A stretch of 64,000 nt of DNA from Trichosphaerium sp. ATCC 40318 (Eukaryota > Protista > Tubulinea): positions 69,485 to 133,484 of the forward strand of contig JALMLS010000568.1 in the NCBI GenBank assembly GCA_038496445.1, given 5' to 3'. A model generated the notes under the pieces. The model searched no databases and was not told the DNA's origin. It was given only the letters and a program-made list of their open reading frames with translations. Of this stretch, positions 32,346-44,260 are shown one piece after another (the first letter of the stretch is position 1; each line of letters begins with the position of its first letter). The translations under genes and the position numbers were made by a program.

Positions 32346-33022
32346 GACACTTTTCATGTTTGACTAAATGTTCATTGCAACAGTTGACTGGTTTTTTTTT
32401 TTTACAGAAAACAAAAATGAAATTTGGGTGTGGTAGGTGATTTCTGCTAGCTATCCTGTTACTGTCGTTGTCGGTTGCCAGTTGGTCTTGGTCCGTCGCG
32501 TTCAAACGTATGAAATGTACATCTTCAGTCAAAAAATGGCTGTTGACGTGTTTTACTCCGTTACAGACGTTTGGGTAAACTTCAGTTGACTTCGTATAAA
32601 TCAACAACAACCTACAAAGCTTATGAACAACATGATGAGCAGCAATCACCCACATCCCACCCAAAAATTTCCTAAACCTTTCTTTATTTTCCAAGTGTTC
32701 TTGTGTAATATATAACAATGCTTGGCGCTGTGCTAGAGCCACAAGACATTTTAGATTCCTCCCAACATCGTTTATAGTTAGTGTTCTTTGTTAGTTGATA
32801 GAAGAAAGTAAACTGAGAGTGTTAGAACTCTAACGTTGTAGCACAACAAAGACCCCTTAACTTTTCTCATTTGCAATCAACTGTTAACTACCACGTGAAG
32901 CGTTTATCTTATCACTGAAAAAACTATGAAACCACAACCAGTCTTCTTTTTAAATTCTTCAGTTCGCTTCAAAAATTAAATAAAGAACAGAAAATGAGTA
33001 TTCTTTATTTTGTTTTGAATAT

Positions 33023-34599
33023 TTACTCAACACAAGACAAGGTTTTAGAGTAATGGATGACTGGATTTAGAGCACGTGTCAATTTCCTTTTTTTGGGTTG
33101 CGGACTATTTAGTTGTCTAATAACATGTTAGTACTACAACAAAATCAAGGCACTTACGTATTTTTTGCATTTCTTTTACGAGCCACGTGTTTCTTCTTTG
33201 TTATGCTTGTTTTTTTGTTTATTTCTTGGATGTATTTATCTTCCATCTCTGCTCGTGAATTGCATAAATAAATGTAATCTTTTCTATCCACTGTAAATCC
33301 TGCTGTAGCTCGATGTGACGTGACGTATATCGTTATCAGTTGAACTGGTTCTCCACTTCCCTTGTTGATATAGGTAACAACGTATGTTCCAGGGAAAGCG
33401 AATGCTAGTATTATCTCGTATTCGCTCGTCTCGCCGACCTCAGGGCACCAGTGATGTATTTTTAGCCCCTTTGTTGAGTATTTGTTGTTCACATCTTCGG
33501 GGCTGTCGCAACAATCAAATAGGCAATCATCAAATGTGTCAGCTTTGCGTTTTGGAGTGCCTGTTATTTTCACTTTGTATTGGTTAATGTGGCCTTTAAA
33601 CTGTAGCTTAATAGATCGCCTTTTTTTAGGGTCTACAGCAATTCGATACCAACAAATTACTGGAATCTATCAAACTCAACAATCAACAGCCAGCTGCATT
33701 TTGACTAAATACTTACCTTGACTCGTGTCATGGTTACCATTTTTACGACAAAAAAGTTTGTTTTGTCGTGCTCTACTTCTTACTTTAGTACTAGAAACGT
33801 CTTGAGTACTTCCGCACCTGTTGAGTGAGACAAATTACAACGAGAGCCCTTCACTATAAATGGATTTGAGTTGCCACATAGCTGCTCTAGTTCAATAGGG
33901 CGCAGAGTGGTTTCTGGTTTGCTTGTTAATATTGAATTCGATACACCACGTGTGGAAGGCTGTGGTGATACCGTTCTGCTCTCGTGTTCGTCAAGAGGTG
34001 TGAGATCATCAACAGTAGCCGGCAAAACCAACTCGCTCACTGTAAGCTGAGCAAACGCATCTTGAATAGCATTTAAAGTCGGTTTGTTTTTTTTGTGGTA
34101 AAGGGTGGCAATGTCTTGTACAGTTTGGTTTGATTTTGTACGAGCAGAAATATCAGCGCCTGTGTGTATTTAGAGGTTGCAAAAAGAACTAATTTGCACC
34201 TTCGCTTCTCAGCTTGCGAATGGCATCTAGGCTGCCTGTTTTTACAGCGATATGTAATGGAGTCTGGCCAAAAGAGTTAGCGCTGTTAACGTCAACAAAT
34301 TCACGAAGGATTTCGATAAATTTTGATGCATTTTTGCTATTCTCCTTATTTAATGCCACATGAAGTAGAGTGTCTCCAGCTAGCATTACATAAATAAAAA
34401 CAACTATTGAGAAAAACAAAGCGGCCGTACAGGGAAGTTTGAACCTATCCAAGTCATACTTAGTTTTATTTAGTATATCTTTGAGCTCTTCAGGCTTGTT
34501 GTCGTGCACTGCTTGGAACGCTTTTAAAACTAATAATACGTTAGCTTGTCACTATAAGACTGCGTTTTTAATTGTTACACTGACCTTGCATCTGTTCAT
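33023..34599 (-). CDS. Pair 2 gene A: ankyrin repeats + domain X + NLS-like tail
   Basis: GDTLLHVAL, GQTPLHIAVKTG; X domain KGLKIHHWCP...YEIILAFAFPGTY; last exon PKKRKL. Same intron layout as pair 1 A. Confidence 0.75.
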
Positions 34600-34694
34600 T
34601 CCGTTAAAATTTTACCGTTCGAACAGTTTCGCACGTGTTCCGAACAACTTAACAGGTTAAGTGCACAAAAAGTTTTCAAACCGAAACATAGCAA

Positions 34695-37600
34695 ATGGAA
34701 CGACGATTGCCTTTTGCGCGTCTCGAAACTCCCAAGAACGTTTGTACTTTGCTTAACTTCCTTGGAAATGTAACATGTAAAGAGGTGCCTTATTTAGACC
34801 CTCCACCTCGCATTAAACTGGTACTGGGGTTGTAGTTTCTGATTTGACTTGATTTAGCTTGATAGCCTTGTAAACGAGTGGGATTACACTGTACTATGTA
34901 CTGTTGTACCAAAAACAGACCATTTACGTCGTATTACACTTCGTGATCCTGTCTCAGACTCTGGAAATAAGTCGGTTCATACCGTACAGCGACAGTTCGT
35001 TAATAGAATCGCAACGTTTACTGACATCCAGTTGGGTATGTCAACACTATTTTATAACATATTGTTTGCTAACAATTTAAGGCCTTAAGACATACACCCA
35101 ACATTTTGATCGTGCTTTGCAATGCTCTCTTGAATTTTCTGTTGTCAAAGTACGTCCGATTTTGGTTGGTTCGCCTCTAAAAAATTTAGAAAAACGACAG
35201 CCAGTCAGAGCCAATAATAACTATGACACTTTATGTCGAAGCACATGAGTGGATAGGTTGTAATTTATCGCTTACTATGTTGTTAATAATGATAGGACAT
35301 AGTCTCATGTCGCCTCATATTGTCAATATTGCACCTAACAAAGTACGTGTTGGACATCAAGAAGGTAACGTTTGTTACATGATTTTATTGAATATTTAAC
35401 ATATTTTTATAAAGAAGCCGTAATCTATGGACGTGACTTTGCTCCACCATCTATTGTTTTCTTCACAACCGGTGAAAGTGTAGAAAAGGAGCATGAGTAC
35501 ACAGCATTTATTCCTGAAATAAAAATGCCTTGTTTGGAGCAACCAGAAGTAGTTTGGGCTCGAGTATTATCTTGTACGTTTTCTTTTGTAAACTTGTACG
35601 GTTCTTATGTTTAACCAAGTAAATGGGTATTCTAATTATGTACCTATCGAATACTATCGAGAAAATACAACATCTCAAAATGGGTATCAACAAACCATAC
35701 GTGCGTGCGACTTCCATAGTTATATTCTCACTTTTTACCAAGAAAATTATGAGAATTACGAAGGGACTTGCATTTACAAAGACGAGACAATGGGCGACTC
35801 AAGTATGGAACTTTCCTTCTTTTCTAAGAAGATAATCTTTTTACAGGTTTTTCGTTTCCAAATACCTTTGCGACGCTAGGACCAACAGGACAATCTTGCT
35901 GTATGTTTACATTGTCGCTACAAATTTCTAAACATGAACTAGACGGAGAGACTGCACTTCATTTTGTAGCAGCCCATGGTACTGTCAACAACGCAAAGAT
36001 ACTTCTAGGCGAAGGTGCAGCGCTTGAAGCAAAGAATGAACGAGGCGATACACCTTTATTCTATGCTGTAGCAAAACGAAATGAGCCTGTTCTTCAGTTC
36101 TTAATTGAGAATGGTACCACAAAATAGAATCTCGTTTGGTGATTTGTCGTGCTTTTACTACCATAGGGGCATCAGTAGAAGCGGTAAATAAGGACGGAAT
36201 TACGCCTATCAAACTTGCGTCACTGTTTAGATATAGTCTGGATGTTGCAAATAGTGAAGAAAAGCGTGTAATACCGGTTTTAAAAGAAGCAGGTGTTGAG
36301 GTATTATTTAAAAAACTCAGCAAATTTTGTGGCTATTAAACGTGATTCCTTCAATAGTGTATTCCTACAAAAAACATTACATGCACATACGATAATGAAG
36401 CACATATTGCAGGTGGTTCAGATAGAGGTAAGCACGAGAACAACTTTTTTTGTGGATTTTCATTCTCTTTTAAGATGTTTATCTGGCAACCTATGCTGGC
36501 CTGTATGTTGCTATCAAGATATTTAAGGGACAATTTGCTATTGATTCAAAAAGTGATTTTAGTTTATTTAATAGAGAGGTTATCGCATTAAACTCTTTAC
36601 ATCACGAAAATATTGTAAAATGTCTCGGATACATTCAAGGTACTAACATATTAACTTTTTATTGTTGATTGTTTTAATATAAGGTGGTGTTACTATGAGA
36701 GGTATAACCACAAAGGTATTGGGTATTGTAACACAGTTTCTTCCTGGCTCTGATTTAGCAAATATGATTGATTGTACAAAATTTTCACTCTATCCAGTAC
36801 GGGGTGTGTCTCGTTTTTGCTCGGATATTAAGTTGGTTTGTTTTAGGCAAATGGTTTCAAACAAATACTGAAGATATTACAAGGTATTGCTCAGGGTATG
36901 GCGTATATACATAAGTTAAATGGGGCACATAGAAATCTAACAGCAGAAAATGTAAGACAAAAATAGTACAATCTTTGTTACACATCCTTTTGTAGTTGAG
37001 CTATTGACCTGTTTGCTTAGGTACTAGTGTGGGCAAAAGACAAAGTAAAAATAACAGGTTTTGGACTTTGTATATACGACACAACTGGTGTTAGTAAACT
37101 TTCTTCTGGACCTTCAGTGAAAAAAAGAACTGCCAATACTAGTAGATCTCTCCGTCAATGTGTTGGTACACCAATGTACGTTCAATTCTCTACCGAGAAT
37201 GCTAGCTATGGTTTTTCTTTTTATGCTTTTCGTTAAGTCTCTATCAAAGATACATGGCTCCAGAAGTACATACTTTCTTCCCCGACACTTCACTTTCAGC
37301 TAAAGTAACAATTAAAGATTGGCAAATGTACGTACTTGAGCATTATGTAAAGGCTTATAAGAATGCCGTACTAAAGCCCTTTGTAGGGCAGATGTGTATG
37401 CTTTTGGTGTACTATGTTACGAGCTTATAAGCTCTACGCGGGCTTGGGGAGCTTTAGATACAATAGAGCTAGCGTAAGATTTCAGCAATTGAGATAATTA
37501 ACCCACGTGTTGTGTAGACGTCTAGTATTACATGGGCACAGGCCAGAGTTTCCTGATGGAGTTTGGGATAGTGAGGATCTAGCAGAAGTGGGAATCTTGG

Positions 37601-39482
37601 CACAAGACTGTTGGGATGCTGATCCTAAAAAGAGGCCTACCTTTCGTCGTATCATTGACACTTTGGAGATTGTCGAACAAAAGACGAGTAAAAACAAAAA
37701 AGATCCTCAAAGTATGCCTTTAGTGTTCGAAAATGCGTTTTCTATGCTCACACTTTGTAGTTCTAGGATCAAAGATACGCTCTACATGTACGTTTAAAAT
37801 GAAGCTATAAATTCCTAACTAAAGTAGATCGGGAGAGTTCAATTCCTTTTGGGGCGCATGGCACTTTAGATACTGCAAAGGATCAGGTTATGACTGAAGT
37901 CAGAGTACAAACTTGATTGTGTAACTTACTTAATTAACAAATGATCACAGCAGGAAATCGATGCCATGGATGTAGACATTATAACTCCAAACCAACATTT
38001 AGAACATGGCAAACTTGAAAAAGATACTTACTTTAGTACGAGTATTGTCGTACGTTGTAATTGATTTGTGTGCTACATACAGTAACTTCATTAGGATAAG
38101 TTTTTTTATCCAAACACAAGCGAAAAGGACACTTGCGTTCAAAATACTGAAGATGATATGGATGTCGAGAAAATATTGGGAATAGACGATGTGACGTTAG
38201 GTAGGGAGTTAGTCGACATAATTTTATACCAATATCTTCAAAGTTAGTTATACTAAGTTTATTGGCAGGGTTTGAATCAGCACGTGGCGAAAAACTTACA
38301 AAACATCGAGAAGAGATGGAATATAAATACTCTCAATCCAAGCCAGAAAAGAAGACCCAAAGAAAAAAGAGAAAAACCGAAATTACCGAGCTACAAATGA
38401 GGAAAACAAGTACACCTTCAGAAGAAACCAAAGTACAGTTTCAGTTTAAAATATATTTTCTTCCAAATAGCTTATACCTACAAACAAGCATACATCAAAT
38501 TACGATGAAGAATGGATTGACAGTATACGCAAAGGTAGGATAGATAGTACAACAGTTTAATAACATTTTGTTTGTAACAGTAATGCCAACAACGGAATTT
38601 AAACTAAACGTCAACGAGATCTGTTATGATAGAGCCAAGGTACTCTAGTTATCAAAAAGTGCTCCTTAAACTCACGTAAAAAGCCGCATGCCTTCGAGAG
38701 AGAGCCAATCCCACACGATAATCCTATTATTGTATATCATCCAATTGGAGTCTATAATTGGCGAGACGTTCAGTATACCATTAAATGCTTGAGTAAGCTG
38801 TTTGTACAGGAATTGACTAAATATCCTCACATATTCATAGACAAACGAAACAAGGGTGAACCCAAAACAAAAGAGGATTGGAATGTAGCATTTGACCGGG
38901 GACTTTATAATCACCTTCTTCGTAATGAAATAGCGACTATTGACGGGACACAGACTATTCTTTACTTTCAGTTTGCATATATTGGCGAATACGAGATATC
39001 TCTATTTTACTACACACCTGATCATCCAATTGGAGTTGTCAAGTGCCATGTAGTTTCTGGGCTACCTCCTTTTGTTCCTAGTTACCTTGAAAAAACTACT
39101 CGGCCTAGTCGGTACCTTTGTTACTCATCTCTACTCTTGCTAAATATAATACTAGAAAGCGTCTACGAACAGATGATCACCCCAATGATACTTTATATCC
39201 CCATCAAAACAGTAAAATTGTACTGGATAATGAAGCTTTTTTGGACTTGCTTCAAAGTTGTTCAAGTACATTCAACAAAAGTAATGAGAGGAACCTAGCA
39301 GATAGAGTTCGAAGATACCATAATGAATATACAAAGTCTGACAAAGTACGTTTTGTTTAATAGTTAAGGCGAAAGCGGTTGTATAAAACAATTTTGTGTA
39401 GGAGGATAAGGAACTCAATAATTTGGCTACTAAATTGTATGCCACTTTTAATGACCACGTAAAAGATGATACTTCAAAGTAA
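34695..39482 (+). CDS. Pair 2 gene B: Ig-fold-like + IPT + ankyrins + TKL-like pseudokinase + C-terminal X-related domain
   Basis: N-terminus homologous to pair 1 B (LLNFLG, LDPPP, ATFTDIQLG, AHEWIG, IYGRDFAPP, DGETALH). Kinase fold VAIK, LHHENIV, GMAYIH, HRNLTAENV, ITGFG, GTPMYMAPE, DVYAFG, CWDADPKKRPTF. Then TILYFQFAYIGEYEI. Confidence 0.75.
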
Positions 39483-40280
39483 ACAATCGAGCGTATGTTT
39501 CTTATATTAAGATGTCCATTATATCAAGGCGAGTACAGTTTGTTAGTGATGTTAAACAACTGAAGTAGACTCAAATAGCTCGACTTTTGAATATTAAGCG
39601 AGTTGAATTTGAATACAACAAGAAAAAAGTAGGAAAAGTATGGTTTGAGCACTTCAACACCACTGCATAGTTGTTTTTCTTATCGAATACTATGTTTTGG
39701 TTCTATGGTGTTGGCACGAAACACTGGTTGGTATAACATTCACTTATTAGACTGTTCAAAGGGGTACCTTAACTAGTTTAGCGTTAAGTGCTGAGTGTTC
39801 ATCGAATTTTGGTAGACGAATGCCATCAGACCATTTCTTTTTGTTGTTGTTGTTATGGTTGAATTGAATATGGTGCTTACATAGTTATTTGTTACAGTGG
39901 GAACTAGTTTGAGTACTCATTCATTGTTTGGATCATTTCGTTTGCATGAGAGAAGTTGTAAATGTGGCCCTACAAAATTTGGTGTCCAGTTAGTACAAGT
40001 AAATTTGGAACAGCCATCCATTTTCATTTTCTTCCTTCCATCAATAATTTAAGAAACACAAAGAAAATTGCACATGCAGAACTCAAGTGTACTATACATG
40101 GCGCGATGGCCGTAGGTACAAATTTTAAAGCCTTTCATTGTTAACGGTTGGTATAAAACCGAAAAGTACCGACAGTCAAAGCAATTTTCCAAACAAACTT
40201 TGCCTCTTTTCGATTGACAAGCCGGCAGAACTACCAAATTCCAAGAATTTCAAAAACTGTCCCAAAAGCGATGCTGTTAA

Positions 40281-41410
40281 GGACATGCACTATTTTTTTT
40301 ACTTTCGCTCCGGATATTTTTGGATTTTGACGGATATCGCCGACTTTACACGTTTTTTTCCGGATACTCTGTTCACTGTTGTCATGTGACCAAGGTCCTA
40401 CAGGTGGGTACCTAATGTGACGTACAATACAAATTGCTTATGCATTCAGTGACATACAAACAGCTTTGAGAAACTTGCACTCTTCCATGAAACAGTACCT
40501 TGAAGATGAATTGAGGTGCTCAACACAACTTCTTTGTTGTTATGGCATGAACATTAGCTCATCTTAGTTTGGGTACACTCCTTTTCAGAAACAGAGGGGC
40601 ATTATGTACTGTTCACAGCCTGTACATGCTCCATCTAAAAAAGGTATCCTTCTGCAATTGTAAATTGCTACCTTTGTTTTCAGAATCATTGAAACAACAC
40701 AATCAGCACAGACTGCCACAAAGAGAATATACACAGATCCCAGAGGTGTAATAATCCCCTCAACAAGATTAATTCAAACGACAAACCATTGGAGGAATGC
40801 AACGAATCTGTAAGTACAAAGCAATTGCCAATTGCTATTGTCAAATTTTTTTATCTGTTTTGTAATTTCAGTATGCAATTTTCACGGCATGGACATGTTT
40901 ACTTTTTACATATTAATTCCTATGATTGCTTTTGGCGTACAATTAGCAATTGTTCCTTAAACTGACTCATTGCAAGTGTCACTTGACACTTGGTGTCAAC
41001 AATTGTCAATTGCATAAACAGGGAGATAAGTACACTTCCTCCTGTTCCTACGAGCCATAAAACAAGTGTGCTCAAAGAATGTGGAAACAAATGAGCATTA
41101 AAAACATTGTACAGCTCCTTCAATCTACACCACCGGGGGTACATGCTTCAATTTTCAAGTACCAAGTTTCTCTAAGGTAAGGCAATTTCCAGTTGCCCAA
41201 CCTCATTGACATCAATGCCATTAGGTACAGCTTTGACACTAAGCAAGGTGAGTGCACCATATTGCCAGCAGCTTTCACCAAACAAGGAAAAAACACCAAT
41301 TGCCCTTAGTATAATTCATCTCGTTATCCGGAAAACAAGGAAAAGTCCGACACACAACCGTCAAAAGTTGAAAATATCCGGAGTAAAAATAAAAAAAATA
41401 GTGCATGTCC
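40281..41410. mobile_element. Non-autonomous TIR DNA transposon (PIF/Harbinger-like), 1130 bp, TAA target duplication
   Basis: TIRs GGACATGCACTATTTTTTTT... and ...AAAAAAAATAGTGCATGTCC with extended imperfect homology. TAA on both sides. The paralogous empty site (..GTTAACGCAACT..) is at ~30656. No recognisable transposase. Confidence 0.88.
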
Positions 41411-41857
41411 TAACGCAACTAAATTTTCATTACAACAATGATGCACGCAAATCCTTTTAACTGTGCTATGCATGTCCAACTAGCAAAGAAAACCTTCAAA
41501 ATCAAAAAAACACAAAAAAGAACAGCTCAACATGTTTCCCACACGTATATATGCGTTCCGTACGACTTTACTAAATAAAAGTCTGTAGATATGCGTTTTC
41601 TTTTGTTTTGTCCGGTTCGTTTTAGCTGTTTGCTGTTAGCTCTTAAAATTTTACAACACTACGCATCCTGTGCCAATAGTAACAACGACAATTGTCTAGG
41701 CGAACACCTTTTGTTACCTACTGTGACAACATAATGAACAAGTTCTTGGGTTGTTTAAAATAGCGACGCCAAAAAAAAACAAATGTTAAGTTTATTTTTA
41801 CAATAGAGTACGGAGAACAAAACAGTTTTGGTGGATTATGAAAGCCATAGCTTAGCT

Positions 41858-44124
41858 CTAAATGGTTTTGTATGTGATACATAATTTTTCTTCGTCGAGG
41901 GGTAAAGAGAACGTCCCTTCCATGAGCTCATAACATGCTTTACCAAGAGAAATGATAATGTCTTTAGTTGGGAAAGTGTGTAATAGTACTCGCTTTCCAT
42001 GAGTAACGTTGGCATTGAAATGGTTGGCCACAAAAGACGAAAATTTACTTACAGTAATAGGTCCCGGAATGCCTGAAAATCGAACCTCTTGGACTGTAGG
42101 GCGGTGAGCCACAGCCGACCAAAGTAGACCATGAATAAAAAAGCAGCTCTCTTTTGAATAGGATAAAGGGATGCTGTCAGAACCTCGCACTGTGATGATA
42201 TAGGAGCTGCTGGTGATGTCCAAATCAGCGTTTGCATTTTGTAGCTTTTCTATGATTATTTCTTTGGAGCCATAAATGCGATGAGAGGCTTCCATGAGAA
42301 GCTCGTTAAGTTCTTTTTCAGAAAGAGTATTGATGGCATGAGTAGTAATTGTAACTTTTCTCGGATCAGGTTCGGTGCTCCAGATAGTTGTAGGTGTACA
42401 TCCATTATCGAGTTGTTCTTTTGTGAGTACAGGTTTACCAAGCAAGTTGATATAGAACGTTGAAGTATGCTTTTTGCCAACAAGCAGATTCGACATTTTC
42501 TCCTTCAGGATTTCATCTGAATTACTGTTGTGCAATGTCATAGGCTTTCCTGTTCGTTGTCTTTTTTGAGAATTGTTTAAAGGCCTAAAATTAATATTAG
42601 CAGTTGTAGCTGAAATTGAAATGACGTGCTGGTGTGCATTTTTTCGCTTTTTGGACATTTTCTCCTTCAGGATTTCATCCGAATTTCTTTTTTGCAATGA
42701 CACAGGCTTTTCTATGTCTTGTCTTTTTTGAGGATTGTTTGTAGGCCTTACATTACATTAACAAACTGTAGCTTAAGCTGATAACATACTGCTTTGTATT
42801 TTTGTTTGCACGACTGTTGAGGTTGTTTTCTTGTTCTTTTACTTGTTTTTCAGATGTGTAGTATGTTATTTTATCTTTCATGCCTGCGTATTTGGAATTA
42901 CGAGAGTAAGCGCGGATGGTTATCTTAAAAATTTCTTCTTTGGAGTCAACGTGGCTGATGATCGCAGTGTACCACCAACCATGAGCAAGCGCCAATACCA
43001 AATTGTATTGTAAATTTCCATCTGGCGTTATTGTAGATGATTGTCGTTTCTCCAATACTGGATGTCTCCCTTTATTCTTATCGTGTTTTGTGTTTGGTTC
43101 GCTACAAGGGAATTTTCGTTTTAAGTCTTTGGTCTTATGCTTAACCTCACATACATATTTTGTTATGTCGTTTCCAGGAAGAATTACTCTAATTGGTTCA
43201 CGGTTTTCAAATGGGTTTCCATGATATTGAGGTTTTGGGATCTTATGAGAGTGAGTAACAAATTCACATTGGAGTCAAGGAAAGCAAAAAAGAAGAAAAG
43301 CGAGAAGGAAACTTACACTCATGCTTCGACCTTGTGCCAACATTATTACGAATATCCATTTAAAACTCCTACCGTGATATTTCGCTTGAGATGATATTGG
43401 TTTGTTGCCACAAATTTTGGATGAAGAACAGAAAACGGGTTGCGAGATAGGTGTAAATTCACGTGACTTTTCTTCTTGTATCTTTTCTGGGGGTGACTCA
43501 AGTGTCAAATGAGCACTGTCTGGTATTTTTCTTGAATTGCATGAACTTGTGGTTTGTACATTGTTTAAGTTTTCTTTGAGCATAGATTGCTCCTCTCTAT
43601 TTCGTACGTAACTTCTTATTATTTCCTCGATTTTAATTTTACCAAAAATTCGGGCTGCTGTGGCTGGTGTCAAACCATCAGTTGTAGTTGCATTGACATC
43701 AGCTCCTACAATAGTAAAGTGAGGACAGAATATGATTAAGCTAAAACAATGAGCAGTACCCGCGTGTAAGAGAGTGCTAACGATAGGAACTTCACCTTTC
43801 ACCGCGGCTACGTGTAGTGGAGTTAAGCCTCTTTTTTTAGTTTTCGCATTTACATCAAACCCGTTGTTTAACAGTAATATGACAGCGTCATGGTTTTTTC
43901 CATTTATCGCCAGGTGCAGCAACGTTTCTCCATCTTTTTAATGTGTCAGAAACGGGAGAAACATAAAAAGGAAACAAGTAAACGAACCGTCTAATTTTTC
44001 GTTTAGAAGCGAACTGGCACCTAGTAGGTGCGTTTTTTGAATTAATTCCATTGCGCTAAATGCTTATTAGCGGTAGTATGTTGAGTATTTATCGTTACAT
44101 ATCTAGACCCGAAGGGACACTCAT
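41858..44124 (-). CDS. Pair 3 gene A: ankyrins + domain X (second subtype) + duplicated basic exon + domain Y
   Basis: DGETLLHLAI, GLTPLHVAAVKG, GLTPA; FKWIFVIMLAQG...LQYNLVLALAHGWWY. Splices in frame into the Y ORF 41858..42703. Confidence 0.75.
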
Positions 44125-44260
44125 TTGAATATTGGTACGAAATTATAAGCTTGTGAAGACTTAACAAACGCTAGCCTCGAACAAATTCAGTTAATTTAAC
44201 AACAAATGGTTTTGTTTTCGTCAATCAAAAATAAACTATTAACTCGAACAAACGCGCCAG

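Noticed and set aside
36900-37070. Calling the pseudokinases MLKL orthologues
   Set aside because: No N-terminal four-helix-bundle/HeLo domain is seen; the similarity is limited to motif substitutions.
40400-41300. Transposase within the TIR element
   Set aside because: Only short ORFs with no DDE motifs.
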